This document shows, in pieces, positions 10,432-19,124 of a stretch of DNA of 54,586 bases. This stretch comes from a virus (Duplodnaviria > Caudoviricetes). Each line of letters begins with the position of its first letter. Position 1 is the first letter of the stretch. A program made the translations under genes and the position numbers. The DNA lies in IMG/VR virus record IMGVR_UViG_3300042519_001736, positions 1 through 54,586 of that record; one strand, given 5' to 3'. Below the pieces are notes generated by a model. The model was not told the DNA's origin, did not search any database, and saw nothing but the letters and a program-made list of their open reading frames with translations.

Positions 10432-12426
10432 TTATTTCCCCTTCACAGGACCGCCTTCAAGCATCTTCATGAGCTTGTACATGCGCGCCGCACCCTTGCG
10501 ACGACTTCCGCTGCCCGCGTTGCGGACAGCCTTGGCAGTAAACACGAATTCGCCATCCGACAGCATAGCTGGGATGTCGTCTGAAGTCCCACTTCCAGGC
10601 CCGTTGATAGGACCTGTTTTACGAGGAAACTGTGTGGGCTCGGGTATGCCGCCCTTAGCCATGCGCTGAGGCATGTCTTGCCCATAAACCAACGGCACGC
10701 CGTACATCCCTGCAAGGTTATACGGCTGAGGAATGGCTCTTGGGGAATTTGTAATGCCGGTAGGCGTGACAACTGGAGCGCCAGGCTGCATGGGAAGGGC
10801 TGCGGAGTAGTCAGTGCTCACGATTGGATTGTATGGAGCAAGCTTGGCGGTTTCCAAGCCATACCCGCCCTCTCGGACAAACTTATCGCGCTCCTTGGCC
10901 AACCGCGCATTTTCAAGGTATCGTGCTTTTTCGGCGGCCGATACTTCGTCGATGTCTTCCTTGTTTTTAAAACCGCCTGACAATGCGGCAGCTCCAAGCC
11001 CAAGTCCTACCTTAGTCAGCATGCTCATGCCCGGAGCCGCAGCAGCCGCAGCCGCAGGGGCCGCAGCAGCCGCCGCAGTTGCGGCGGCTGGAGCCGCAGC
11101 TCCAAGCGACGCTGCCGCCGTGCCAGGGGCCGATGAGGAACCGAACAGGCTCTCAAAGAAGCCTGGAGAAGATGCCGCAGGGGCCGCAGCAGGAGCCGCC
11201 ACAGGGGCCGCACCTGCAGGAACAGTCGAAGGGTCATACGACATTGTCTGATTAGGCTGCAGTGAAAGCAGGCTTCGGGCTGTGCCGTCATATTGAGGCC
11301 CGTAATCGGAGCCGCCCACTTCTATGCCGGGCTGAGAGGAGACATTCGCTTGCGGGTTGTTTCCAAACGCGTTCATCGCAGCTGCCGAAGCTCCTGAGGT
11401 GAGGCCCATTTTTAAGGCATCTGCCGTGCTGAGTCCGCCTATTTTGCCAATGCCAAACCCCGTAAGGCCGGTGGCCAGGCCCGTGTTAAGTGCGCTGCCT
11501 GCCGCTCCTGGTAGGAAAGAGCCCAGTGCCTGCGTGGGGCTAAAGCCGCCAATGGTGCCGCCACCACCAAAATAACCCATGGCACCTGACATTAAGGCCT
11601 CTTTAAGGCTGCCGCCTCCCGCCAAAGTTACGCCGCCGGATACCAGCGCGGCGGTCCCTGCCTTACCCAACGTCATGCCGATCGACGTTGGTCCGAGGAG
11701 CATGGCCAAGCCCACAGTAGCCAAGACTTTTCCAATGGGGTTTGAAAGGACCTTCTTGACTGCGCCAGTAACGCTTTTCCAAAGCTTTTTGAGGAAGAAT
11801 TCAGGCAGGCCTGTGACGGGATTAATTGTTCCAGAGCCGCCACGGGCCTTAAGCAGCTGCGCCTCTCCAGGCGTGATGTGCGCCAGCATGGTGTCGCCAT
11901 TGCGTCCCTGAGACGCCATGTAAGAAGCCACATCTGCCAAACCGCCTTGGGCCATGGTCAGAGGTTGTCCCCCATTGATGCCCTGCATGGCATCTGCGCC
12001 CTGTATGGGCGGCATGTCCATCATGGGGGCCTGCGCTCCCTCAAACTGCATCAACTGCAGCTCATGCAAGGCAGAGATCATCGCGCCCAGGAATCCGGGG
12101 TCATACTCTTCCGGGAGGTCTTCCGCGTCAACAGCATCGCTGTCTATGAGGTTTTGACGCAGCTGGGCGTACTCGCCCGGGCGCTGGGACATGTAGACCA
12201 GCGTTTCAAGCATTGAGGATATTTCAGCCGCCGAAAGCTCCACTTCCGCCATACTCTGGCGAATCTCGGCCTTAAGCGCGGCGTATTCTTCGGGGCTGCG
12301 CTGTTGCAGCACCGTTTGCGCAGCATCGTATGAGTCTGCGCTTGAGACAATCGGTTGCTCGTTTACAGGCGCTTCGCCTTGCATGGGCATGCCTTGGGGC
12401 AGCGCCATGATTCCTTCATTCGCCAT
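10432..12426 (-). CDS. Internal virion / ejection protein
   Basis: Start MANEGIM at 12426. GRNGDTMLAHITPGEA, GGSGTINPVTGLPEF and GPGSGTSDDIPAMLSDGEFV motifs typical of injected proteins. Confidence 0.7.
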   Translation of the reverse strand: MANEGIMALPQGMPMQGEAPVNEQPIVSSADSYDAAQTVLQQRSPEEYAALKAEIRQSMAEVELSAAEISSMLETLVYMSQRPGEYAQLRQNLIDSDAVDAEDLPEEYDPGFLGAMISALHELQLMQFEGAQAPMMDMPPIQGADAMQGINGGQPLTMAQGGLADVASYMASQGRNGDTMLAHITPGEAQLLKARGGSGTINPVTGLPEFFLKKLWKSVTGAVKKVLSNPIGKVLATVGLAMLLGPTSIGMTLGKAGTAALVSGGVTLAGGGSLKEALMSGAMGYFGGGGTIGGFSPTQALGSFLPGAAGSALNTGLATGLTGFGIGKIGGLSTADALKMGLTSGASAAAMNAFGNNPQANVSSQPGIEVGGSDYGPQYDGTARSLLSLQPNQTMSYDPSTVPAGAAPVAAPAAAPAASSPGFFESLFGSSSAPGTAAASLGAAAPAAATAAAAAAPAAAAAAAPGMSMLTKVGLGLGAAALSGGFKNKEDIDEVSAAEKARYLENARLAKERDKFVREGGYGLETAKLAPYNPIVSTDYSAALPMQPGAPVVTPTGITNSPRAIPQPYNLAGMYGVPLVYGQDMPQRMAKGGIPEPTQFPRKTGPINGPGSGTSDDIPAMLSDGEFVFTAKAVRNAGSGSRRKGAARMYKLMKMLEGGPVKGK

Positions 12427-12430
12427 GGTG

Positions 12431-12498
12431 GTCCTTTCCAGTTTTTGCCAGTAGCCTCGCTTAGGGCTGCGCGCCGGGAAAGGACGCGTTAATGGCAA
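12431..12498 (-). ncRNA. Candidate structured 5' leader that sequesters the RBS of the first ejection gene
   Basis: 9-bp stem 12431-12439/12477-12485 covers GAAAGGA. Crossing 6-bp stem 12445-12450/12493-12498. Inner hairpin 12453-12468. Confidence 0.5.
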
Positions 12499-12499
12499 G

Positions 12500-12529
12500 A
12501 TTATCCCTTAAATCCCCACGCCCTGTCCA
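12500..12529 (-). promoter_or_regulatory. Sigma70-like promoter TGGACA-18-GATAAT
   Basis: Directly upstream of the structured leader. The -35 lies in a 13-bp direct repeat (12517-12529 and 12535-12547). Confidence 0.5.
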
Positions 12530-12533
12530 CTTA

Positions 12534-12866
12534 TCACGCCCTGTCCATCTCTAGATAGGACAGGTAAAAGTCAACTGTCGCCTGTGAGCTGGTGACCTTG
12601 ATTACATCGGCCGTTTCTAAGACGCAGGGCACCCCGCTTAAGACGTCCAATGTCTGGTTCGTGGGCAGTGCATAGCCCTTCAGCAAACAAAATGCAGTAG
12701 CCCCGCCAGCCGGATAGACGTTGACCGTCAAAGCGGTGGTAGAAGCGTTCCTGTTCGTCACCCGCAAAGAGGACAAAACACCCGTATTTGCAGCTGGCGC
12801 GGTGTAGATTGTTGTTTCAGTCGCAGCTGCCGGAGTGAGGTATTTGCGCAGGTATTTGTTTGCCAT
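12534..12866 (-). CDS. Small virion structural protein
   Basis: 110 aa, beta-rich, in the tail block. Confidence 0.6.
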   Translation of the reverse strand: MANKYLRKYLTPAAATETTIYTAPAANTGVLSSLRVTNRNASTTALTVNVYPAGGATAFCLLKGYALPTNQTLDVLSGVPCVLETADVIKVTSSQATVDFYLSYLEMDRA

Positions 12867-12868
12867 GA

Positions 12869-13579
12869 TCAGTTCGCCGATACAAAGTTGATGGTAAGAA
12901 TCACTGACGGAATGGCAGGGCGCGTGGGACTTGTGCCAGCAGCATAGTTCTGAATAAAGACGTTCAAATTATCCGACCACCAGGCAACTTGCAAGTAGTC
13001 GTTGGTGGGATCATCTACAGTGAAAATACCAGTAATCGCTGGAACTATGTGGGACCAAATACTGGCGCTTTTACGAGCAGGCACATCAAAGCGTGTGTTG
13101 CTCAACGGGTAGTTGACACCAGTGTCCTTGGCCCATACCTCAAATTCAGCGACTGTATTGCTGCGGTTTGTTACCTGCAAGGTAAATGTCACCAGGTACT
13201 GGCCAGCACAAGGAACTTTGATCCGTGAGCCGCTTTCCACGGTGATACCGTTGGAGAACGCAGGAGCAAACGTAAGCAGGTTCTCACCCGTGATGCTGGC
13301 GTTTGTTTGGTCCTGGTCCGAGATCATCATTGCCTGGGGCAAGATGATGCCGTTGCTGTTCTGAAACCCACGGATACCACCAGCAAACCCGCCTCCCGCT
13401 CCGCTGCCCATGCCCATCCACGTAGCAGCCGCCGCAGTGTCCTGACTGGTAACCGGCGTGTACGTGTTGTTAAGCTGCAGAATAATCTGCTCAAGCGAGC
13501 GCACCAGCTGGTTGAACTGCGCCGGGTCGTAGTCCGTCTGATTCGCGTTGGGCAGGCGGACGTTGGTGATCTTGCTCAT
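12869..13579 (-). CDS. Tail needle/fibre-associated protein
   Basis: 236 aa. N-terminal LPxA...YD...FNQLVRSLE helix followed by a beta-sandwich-like C-terminus. Confidence 0.55.
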   Translation of the reverse strand: MSKITNVRLPNANQTDYDPAQFNQLVRSLEQIILQLNNTYTPVTSQDTAAAATWMGMGSGAGGGFAGGIRGFQNSNGIILPQAMMISDQDQTNASITGENLLTFAPAFSNGITVESGSRIKVPCAGQYLVTFTLQVTNRSNTVAEFEVWAKDTGVNYPLSNTRFDVPARKSASIWSHIVPAITGIFTVDDPTNDYLQVAWWSDNLNVFIQNYAAGTSPTRPAIPSVILTINFVSAN

Positions 13580-15429
13580 CGAATGCCGTCCGGTTGAATA
13601 TCAACGCGCATCGTGCCAAAGCGCCAGTTGCCATTCAAGTCGCTGCTTTCAATCCGCAACTGAATCTGGCGGCCGCGTGCGCGAGTGTCCACTTTATCCG
13701 TGGTGGGCGTGATGGTGTAGGGGTCCAAAGAGCTTGGCGTGGCGCTGGTCTGTGGGTACAAGCGCAAGAGCAGCCGCACCGCCAGATTGCCGACTTGATT
13801 TTTGAAGTCTGGGATAAAGCGCTTCATGAACAGCACCTGGTCCCCGTCGCCAATGTCAAAGTAACCTGAGTAGATGTGGGCCTCAATCGGCAGGCCATCA
13901 TCATTTACCCCGGTCTCCTGGTTGTACAAGATGGACCTTCCGGCGGTTAGGCCAACAATGGGGGTAAGGCTCGACTGCACTGACTCCGGATCGTACTTTG
14001 TGGCCAAAGGTAACGGGAATGACCCAGTGTCCCGCCACGCAGTGCGAGCCAGGGTGCCGATGGACCAGACATTTTCCAAGTAGTTGTACGTTACCGACCG
14101 ATTGACATACGAGCTGTCGGCGGTGGGGTAGAACCACGTGACCTCGTTGAACTGGGTATTGATGGCCACGTTGACAGAAAATCCTTGGGCGGTGTTGATG
14201 TTGTCGTACACGTAGTCCTGCACGGAGGACGGAATTTTTTTCACCGTACCGTCAAAAACAAAGAACGCGTCCTTGCTCATCCAATACGCCACACCGTTGA
14301 CGTCAGCACAAGCATGCGGACCAATAATTCCGCAGTTGGCCCCCAGCTGCTGGAAACCGAAGGTGTACGGAGGCCCAATAAATTGCTGGCCATGCAGCGC
14401 GGTATCCGTCCAGATCAAAATCTGTCCTCGCGACCGCAGTGCGGAGATGATCTCGTTACCGTCCGTGAGCCGTTGTCCGCCGGCCGTGTTGGTGGCGGTG
14501 GCAACAAAGTCACCAATGTTCTCTTGGCTTGAAAAGCGCACAAACATCGGGTCTTGACTGGTCGGGTCACCAAGCACGGATTCCGTGCCAAAGCACACCA
14601 GGTGTCGGTCGGGCGTGGAGATCAACGCAAACGTGCTTCTTGTTGGCGCTCCAGCAAGAACAGTGGCCCGTGTTGAAAGGCCCGAGGCTGGGGACCACTG
14701 GAATACCTGCCCGTTCACCAGCTGCATGATCAGGTCTTGGCCGTAGTTGTCAAACTGCCAGACACGGGAGCTTAGGGCAAGGCCGAGAACAGTGGGAGGG
14801 CGAGGTGTGTTCCAGGAAAAAGAGTTCCATGCACCCGTGTTCCAGCCATAGTCAAAGAAGCTGACGTCACTTCCCACGCTGATTTGATACACCCCGTTGG
14901 CCGTGCCAGCGGTAGAGGCGGTGGACGTGGCAGCGGTGGGAGACAGGATTGTGTACTGGCTTCCGCTCAAGACCTGTTGGATTTCAAACTCGTTTGTTAG
15001 GGTGGCATTAAGGATGCCCCCAGGGTTCCCGGTAACCGTGTTGAAAGTGACAAAGTCCCCGACCACTGCACCATGACTGGCATCGTTAACCGTGACTATG
15101 GCGGAGCCGTTAGTAGTGTTAAAGGTAACTGCGTCAGTTGCCCGGATGGGGGTGATGTCAGCCCAATCACCGCCATAAAAAACATAGACTTTTCGGTTGG
15201 TGCCAAGAACCATGTATGGTGTTCCGTCCAACGCATTCCAGGTAAAAACCTCGGAAACGGCCCCTACAAAGTAGATTTGCGGGGTGTTAAACGATTCCCA
15301 GCCGCCTATCTTTTCTGGCAGGCCATAGCGGAATCGGACAAAGTCGCAGTCTACCCATCCGCCTTCCGCACCGTATTCGGTGTTCTGTTTGTCAATGCCA
15401 GGCTTGAGGAACAGTCGCAGGAGGGCCAT
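13576..15429 (-). CDS. Tail nozzle / P22 gp10-like DNA stabilisation protein
   Basis: 617 aa, beta-propeller-like. KPGIDKQ...VRFRYGLPEKIGGW N-terminus and DIQPDGxR C-terminus. Confidence 0.8.
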   Translation of the reverse strand: MALLRLFLKPGIDKQNTEYGAEGGWVDCDFVRFRYGLPEKIGGWESFNTPQIYFVGAVSEVFTWNALDGTPYMVLGTNRKVYVFYGGDWADITPIRATDAVTFNTTNGSAIVTVNDASHGAVVGDFVTFNTVTGNPGGILNATLTNEFEIQQVLSGSQYTILSPTAATSTASTAGTANGVYQISVGSDVSFFDYGWNTGAWNSFSWNTPRPPTVLGLALSSRVWQFDNYGQDLIMQLVNGQVFQWSPASGLSTRATVLAGAPTRSTFALISTPDRHLVCFGTESVLGDPTSQDPMFVRFSSQENIGDFVATATNTAGGQRLTDGNEIISALRSRGQILIWTDTALHGQQFIGPPYTFGFQQLGANCGIIGPHACADVNGVAYWMSKDAFFVFDGTVKKIPSSVQDYVYDNINTAQGFSVNVAINTQFNEVTWFYPTADSSYVNRSVTYNYLENVWSIGTLARTAWRDTGSFPLPLATKYDPESVQSSLTPIVGLTAGRSILYNQETGVNDDGLPIEAHIYSGYFDIGDGDQVLFMKRFIPDFKNQVGNLAVRLLLRLYPQTSATPSSLDPYTITPTTDKVDTRARGRQIQLRIESSDLNGNWRFGTMRVDIQPDGIR

Positions 15430-15431
15430 TT

Positions 15432-15590
15432 TTACCCCTTTGCGGCACGCATGTTATCAACCAAGTTTGGGTATGGACGACCTGCTTTTTTGGCGGCGGC
15501 CTTTGCAGAGGCCTTCTTTGCGGGGGTCAAAGCCTTGGGCTTTCCAATGCTTTTAGGGCGCTTTTTGTCCCAGATCGGCGTGGCTTTCAT
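15432..15590 (-). CDS. Small basic conserved phage protein (52 aa)
   Basis: Read by hand: MKATPIWDKKRPK...AKKAGRPYPNLVDNMRAAKG. GGAG RBS, fills the gap between endolysin and nozzle. Confidence 0.7.
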   Translation of the reverse strand: MKATPIWDKKRPKSIGKPKALTPAKKASAKAAAKKAGRPYPNLVDNMRAAKG

Positions 15591-15605
15591 GTGTGACTCC
15601 AATTA

Positions 15606-16196
15606 CTAAGCTGTTAAGACGTTGAGGGCGGTGTTAATGTGCGCAACCCTGTCTGCAAGCCCGATTGTCCCACCGTTAATCTTCTTTGTCATCCCGGTGA
15701 AGTCCTTAGCATCGGCCTCCTTGTTTAAGCCGCGCTTGTTCCAGTACCACGCAGCCGTCAGGGCTGCGTTTTCTTTGGTCAGAACCAAATCAGGATTGGC
15801 CACAAAGTCCACTCCCAAGGCATCAGAGGCGAGGCGGTAGTTGTCCTTGCCGGTCAACTGGATCAGCCCCCGGCCACGGTACTTCCAGCCATCTCCCTCG
15901 TCCGTGTTGCCCATCCGGCCAGAGTAAACCTTGTTGGCAATCTTCTCGGGGTTGCGGTGGAACGGCTGCGCAGCCTCCTCAGACGGGAAGCGGCTTGGCC
16001 AAGTGGCGTGCAAACCCTTTGCGCTGTAGTTCAGGTTCTCTTGCAGGGTCTTGAAATTGCCAGACTCATGGGCGCACTGGCCGATAAATGCCGCTTGGCG
16101 CTCGGGGGTGCCGATGTCAAACCGATGGAATGCCGCCGTCAATGGCTCCAGCCAAGACGGGTCGATGTGCATTTCCTTGAGTTGGTCTTCGGTCAT
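15606..16196 (-). CDS. Endolysin, glycoside hydrolase family 19
   Basis: AAFIGQCAHESG, ENLNYS, YRGRGLIQLTGKDNY, KKINGG motifs. Confidence 0.93.
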   Translation of the reverse strand: MTEDQLKEMHIDPSWLEPLTAAFHRFDIGTPERQAAFIGQCAHESGNFKTLQENLNYSAKGLHATWPSRFPSEEAAQPFHRNPEKIANKVYSGRMGNTDEGDGWKYRGRGLIQLTGKDNYRLASDALGVDFVANPDLVLTKENAALTAAWYWNKRGLNKEADAKDFTGMTKKINGGTIGLADRVAHINTALNVLTA

Positions 16197-16603
16197 TTTT
16201 TGCCCCGCATGTCTGCAAGTTTCTCAACTGTGCGGCCACCGAAGTAGGCCAAGAAAATGATCTGCCCCCACTGGCCCAGCAGTTGCACGTAGGATTCCTG
16301 TGCGTTGTACCCGTAGGCAGACATCATGGTGAACACGAAATAGGCCACGAAGATGGCAATCAGCGCCATAGGCCGGATGTTCTTGGACAGCCACGAGTCG
16401 CTACCCATGTCGGACCGCCAGCGCTCGGTGATGGATGTCTGCTCGATCTCAAACAGCTTGGTGTCGTTGGCCATTTTGGCCAGCTCACCGTCTTGCGCCA
16501 TCTTGGCCAGATCAAGTTGCGCCTTGGCTTTGGCCTCTGGGTCTGGGATAAGCTTGTCAATGAGCTTGCCACCCACCTCAAGAAGTGCTGTCAATGGAAA
16601 CAT
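16193..16603 (-). CDS. Holin (3-TM, GTA-holin-like)
   Basis: LIDKLIPDP, SDSWLSKNIRP, two hydrophobic helices, YFGGRTVEK. Adjacent to the endolysin. Confidence 0.85.
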   Translation of the reverse strand: MFPLTALLEVGGKLIDKLIPDPEAKAKAQLDLAKMAQDGELAKMANDTKLFEIEQTSITERWRSDMGSDSWLSKNIRPMALIAIFVAYFVFTMMSAYGYNAQESYVQLLGQWGQIIFLAYFGGRTVEKLADMRGKK

Positions 16604-16606
16604 CGC

Positions 16607-17062
16607 TTACCCTTTCAATTCAAAACTGAGGTTGGTGTGGCGGGGATACTGCACCACGCGCTCTCCCTCGGGACACTTGTATTTGATGGTTGCCAGCAGA
16701 GTTGCCTTGCCACTGGCGATTTTCTCTTTTCTCACCATGGTGAGCTGATAGGTGAAGGTGTCGATTTCTGGCCCCGCAGGTCCGCTAAATTTACTGGCAG
16801 TGGTTGTGGCCTCATGCACCATACCCGCCGCATCCCGGATGCTTGGGGTAAAGCTCTCAACAGAGCAGTCGTCGCGCTTTTTGATCCGCGCAACCGTCAC
16901 GTTGATGGGCTGTCCAGCCTCCGCTACGATTTTGAAATTCTCGGGTGACCACTCGATGATCGCCCGGTCAAACACACCAAACTTGTCGGCCAGCGTGTAA
17001 CTGCCACCTAGCGCAGCAACGCTTGCGGCAACGGCTCCAATGGCTTTGGTGAGGTCAACCAT
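16607..17062 (-). CDS. Membrane-anchored protein in the lysis cassette
   Basis: Start MVDLTKAIG at 17062. N-terminal hydrophobic helix and a soluble domain with two Cys. Confidence 0.55.
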   Translation of the reverse strand: MVDLTKAIGAVAASVAALGGSYTLADKFGVFDRAIIEWSPENFKIVAEAGQPINVTVARIKKRDDCSVESFTPSIRDAAGMVHEATTTASKFSGPAGPEIDTFTYQLTMVRKEKIASGKATLLATIKYKCPEGERVVQYPRHTNLSFELKG

Positions 17063-17146
17063 AAAAACTCCAAATAAAAACGCGGGCGCACCACAGGGAC
17101 AGCCCAACAAGAAAGGCCGCTGCACAGAATGCTACGGCCCAGTCTT

Positions 17147-17743
17147 TCATGGCACCGCAGGGGTGGTTGTTGTTGTTGTGGTGTTGGTGCTGGTCACCAC
17201 AGTTGGAGTAGCCGTATTGTCAGTAATGCCGCCACCAGCAAGGCGACCACTGTTGCCAGAGTTTGACCCACTGTTTGCTCCAATCGAGTAAGTGCCTGCG
17301 CCGATCACACCATTGCCGCCAATCGTTGTCACGTTAGCTGCTGGCGCTTGAATCTGCGAGGCGATGCCCACAAACGCTGCGTTGGTGCTGACACCCAGAG
17401 CTGTTGCATTGTCAGACTGGCGCATGCCCAGCGTGGTCTGCTTGTTCACGGTATACACCTGCCCGATGGTTGGCAGCAACAAGCCTGTCCATTGCATGGC
17501 GTAGTCGGCCCATGACTTGGGGGCGTTGATCTGCGCGTTCTGCTGACCACCACCCATTTGCAGGGACATGACCGCAGCGACCTTGGCCGTGGTGTCGCCC
17601 TGCCGGGCAATGTCGGCAAGAGCTTGGAACCGTGCCGTCTGGGCCGCTGCTTGCGCTTTGTGGGCGTCAGCATAGGCCTGGTACTCGGCAGTGGCGCAGC
17701 CTGTCAAGGACAGGGCGCAGACGGCCATAGCAAGTAGTCTCAT
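17147..17743 (-). CDS. Lipoprotein, possible spanin component
   Basis: Signal peptide with lipobox LTGC, Ala/Gln coiled coil, Thr-rich tail. Next to the lysis genes. Confidence 0.65.
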   Translation of the reverse strand: MRLLAMAVCALSLTGCATAEYQAYADAHKAQAAAQTARFQALADIARQGDTTAKVAAVMSLQMGGGQQNAQINAPKSWADYAMQWTGLLLPTIGQVYTVNKQTTLGMRQSDNATALGVSTNAAFVGIASQIQAPAANVTTIGGNGVIGAGTYSIGANSGSNSGNSGRLAGGGITDNTATPTVVTSTNTTTTTTTPAVP

Positions 17744-17762
17744 GGTTGCTCCTTTACGTAAG

Positions 17763-19124
17763 TCATAGCGTCTGGTCGGCTATTGTTAAAGTATTAGCTG
17801 CGCTCGCCGCAGTTGGAGTCACTACTCCCTCGGTATGCTGGATATTAGACGGACTGTAACTAGAGACAAGAAGTCCCCCTGAAGAGGCGGTTACGGTCGA
17901 TGCCGAGTATGTATATGTCCTGCTGTCGATGACAACGGAGTTCCCAGCGCCTGCCCCACTTCCAGGGACTTTTAAGATCAGTACTCTGTCCGACAATCCG
18001 GACGACACTTGAGACAGGGTTACGTACACGTTATCAAGGGAGTCCACTGCAATTGACTTCGCAGTAATAGTTGCTGCTGGGCAAGCTAGTTTTCGCTGCC
18101 ACACAAGGGTTCCGCTGGTGTCAGCGCTGTACTTGGCAATGAGCAGTTCTTCCCTTAGGCCGTCGGAACTTACCAATCTAGCGCAGGTATAAACATACGT
18201 GTTACCTGGGCTCATAGCCGCAGCGACAGCGTAAATGCTGGTAGTAGAGCTAAGTTGCCGCTGATATGGAAAGCCGGTAGCGTTGGTGTGCCTTAGCAGT
18301 ACTTGACTTGATCTGCTTCCGGCGCTTAACGTGGCATATGTATTGACCAGGAAATAGCTCACCGTATCTGCTTCTCCACGAAGCACATATGCTCCCTCTT
18401 GGCGGCCCGATCCCCCCGCATCTCGCTGGGTTGTTGCTCCTATTGTTGCCCCTGTTGATCGATCAAGGATAAGGAAAGCCGAGTCGACATTGCCGGGTGC
18501 GTCGGATGTTGCAGCTACATTAAAGTAGTCGACATTGTTTATTGAGACACTGCTCGCGGATTCAAACGGTGTGCCAGTGTCCCCAATGGTGCGTCGAAGC
18601 TGAACAGTGCCGGAGGAGTTGAACTTGACCACATATATGTCAGTGCGGCTTGTGGCAAAAAACCTTGCGGCACCCGCGCAATAAATATTGTCGCTGGAGT
18701 CTATAGTAAGCCCAAAAAAGTCCGAGTTATTGTTTATCCGAGTCTGCCATTGAACAACGCCGCTGTTGTTGAATTTCACAACGTATCCAGTGTTAAAACT
18801 GCTGGAAGTAATAAGCTTAGACCCGGCTATTACAGGGTTGCCGGCAGAGTCAATCGCAATTCCAGAAGCACCTTGAAAGTCTGTCCCATCCGTAAGCGCA
18901 GTTTGCCAGGTAATGCTGTCCAGTGTAAGTGGGATACCCAGTGCCGTAAGCTGCTGGAATCCCGACGCAGAGGTTTGCACAGACGCGTTTAACTGGTCGT
19001 TTCTTATGGCCATGTTTGGGGCTGAAACGGCATTGCCGTTGGGATTGCTGATGACCGCTAATAGCCCCACCGGGGAAGCGGCGCTTCCAAAACTGGCAAG
19101 AACAAGATTAAAAATCCCGCTCAT
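17763..19124 (-). CDS. Beta-propeller tail-associated / receptor-binding protein
   Basis: 453 aa. Repeats of IAIDSAGN / IDSSDNIY / VDSLDNVY and VVKFNSSG...W. Confidence 0.65.
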   Translation of the reverse strand: MSGIFNLVLASFGSAASPVGLLAVISNPNGNAVSAPNMAIRNDQLNASVQTSASGFQQLTALGIPLTLDSITWQTALTDGTDFQGASGIAIDSAGNPVIAGSKLITSSSFNTGYVVKFNNSGVVQWQTRINNNSDFFGLTIDSSDNIYCAGAARFFATSRTDIYVVKFNSSGTVQLRRTIGDTGTPFESASSVSINNVDYFNVAATSDAPGNVDSAFLILDRSTGATIGATTQRDAGGSGRQEGAYVLRGEADTVSYFLVNTYATLSAGSRSSQVLLRHTNATGFPYQRQLSSTTSIYAVAAAMSPGNTYVYTCARLVSSDGLREELLIAKYSADTSGTLVWQRKLACPAATITAKSIAVDSLDNVYVTLSQVSSGLSDRVLILKVPGSGAGAGNSVVIDSRTYTYSASTVTASSGGLLVSSYSPSNIQHTEGVVTPTAASAANTLTIADQTL

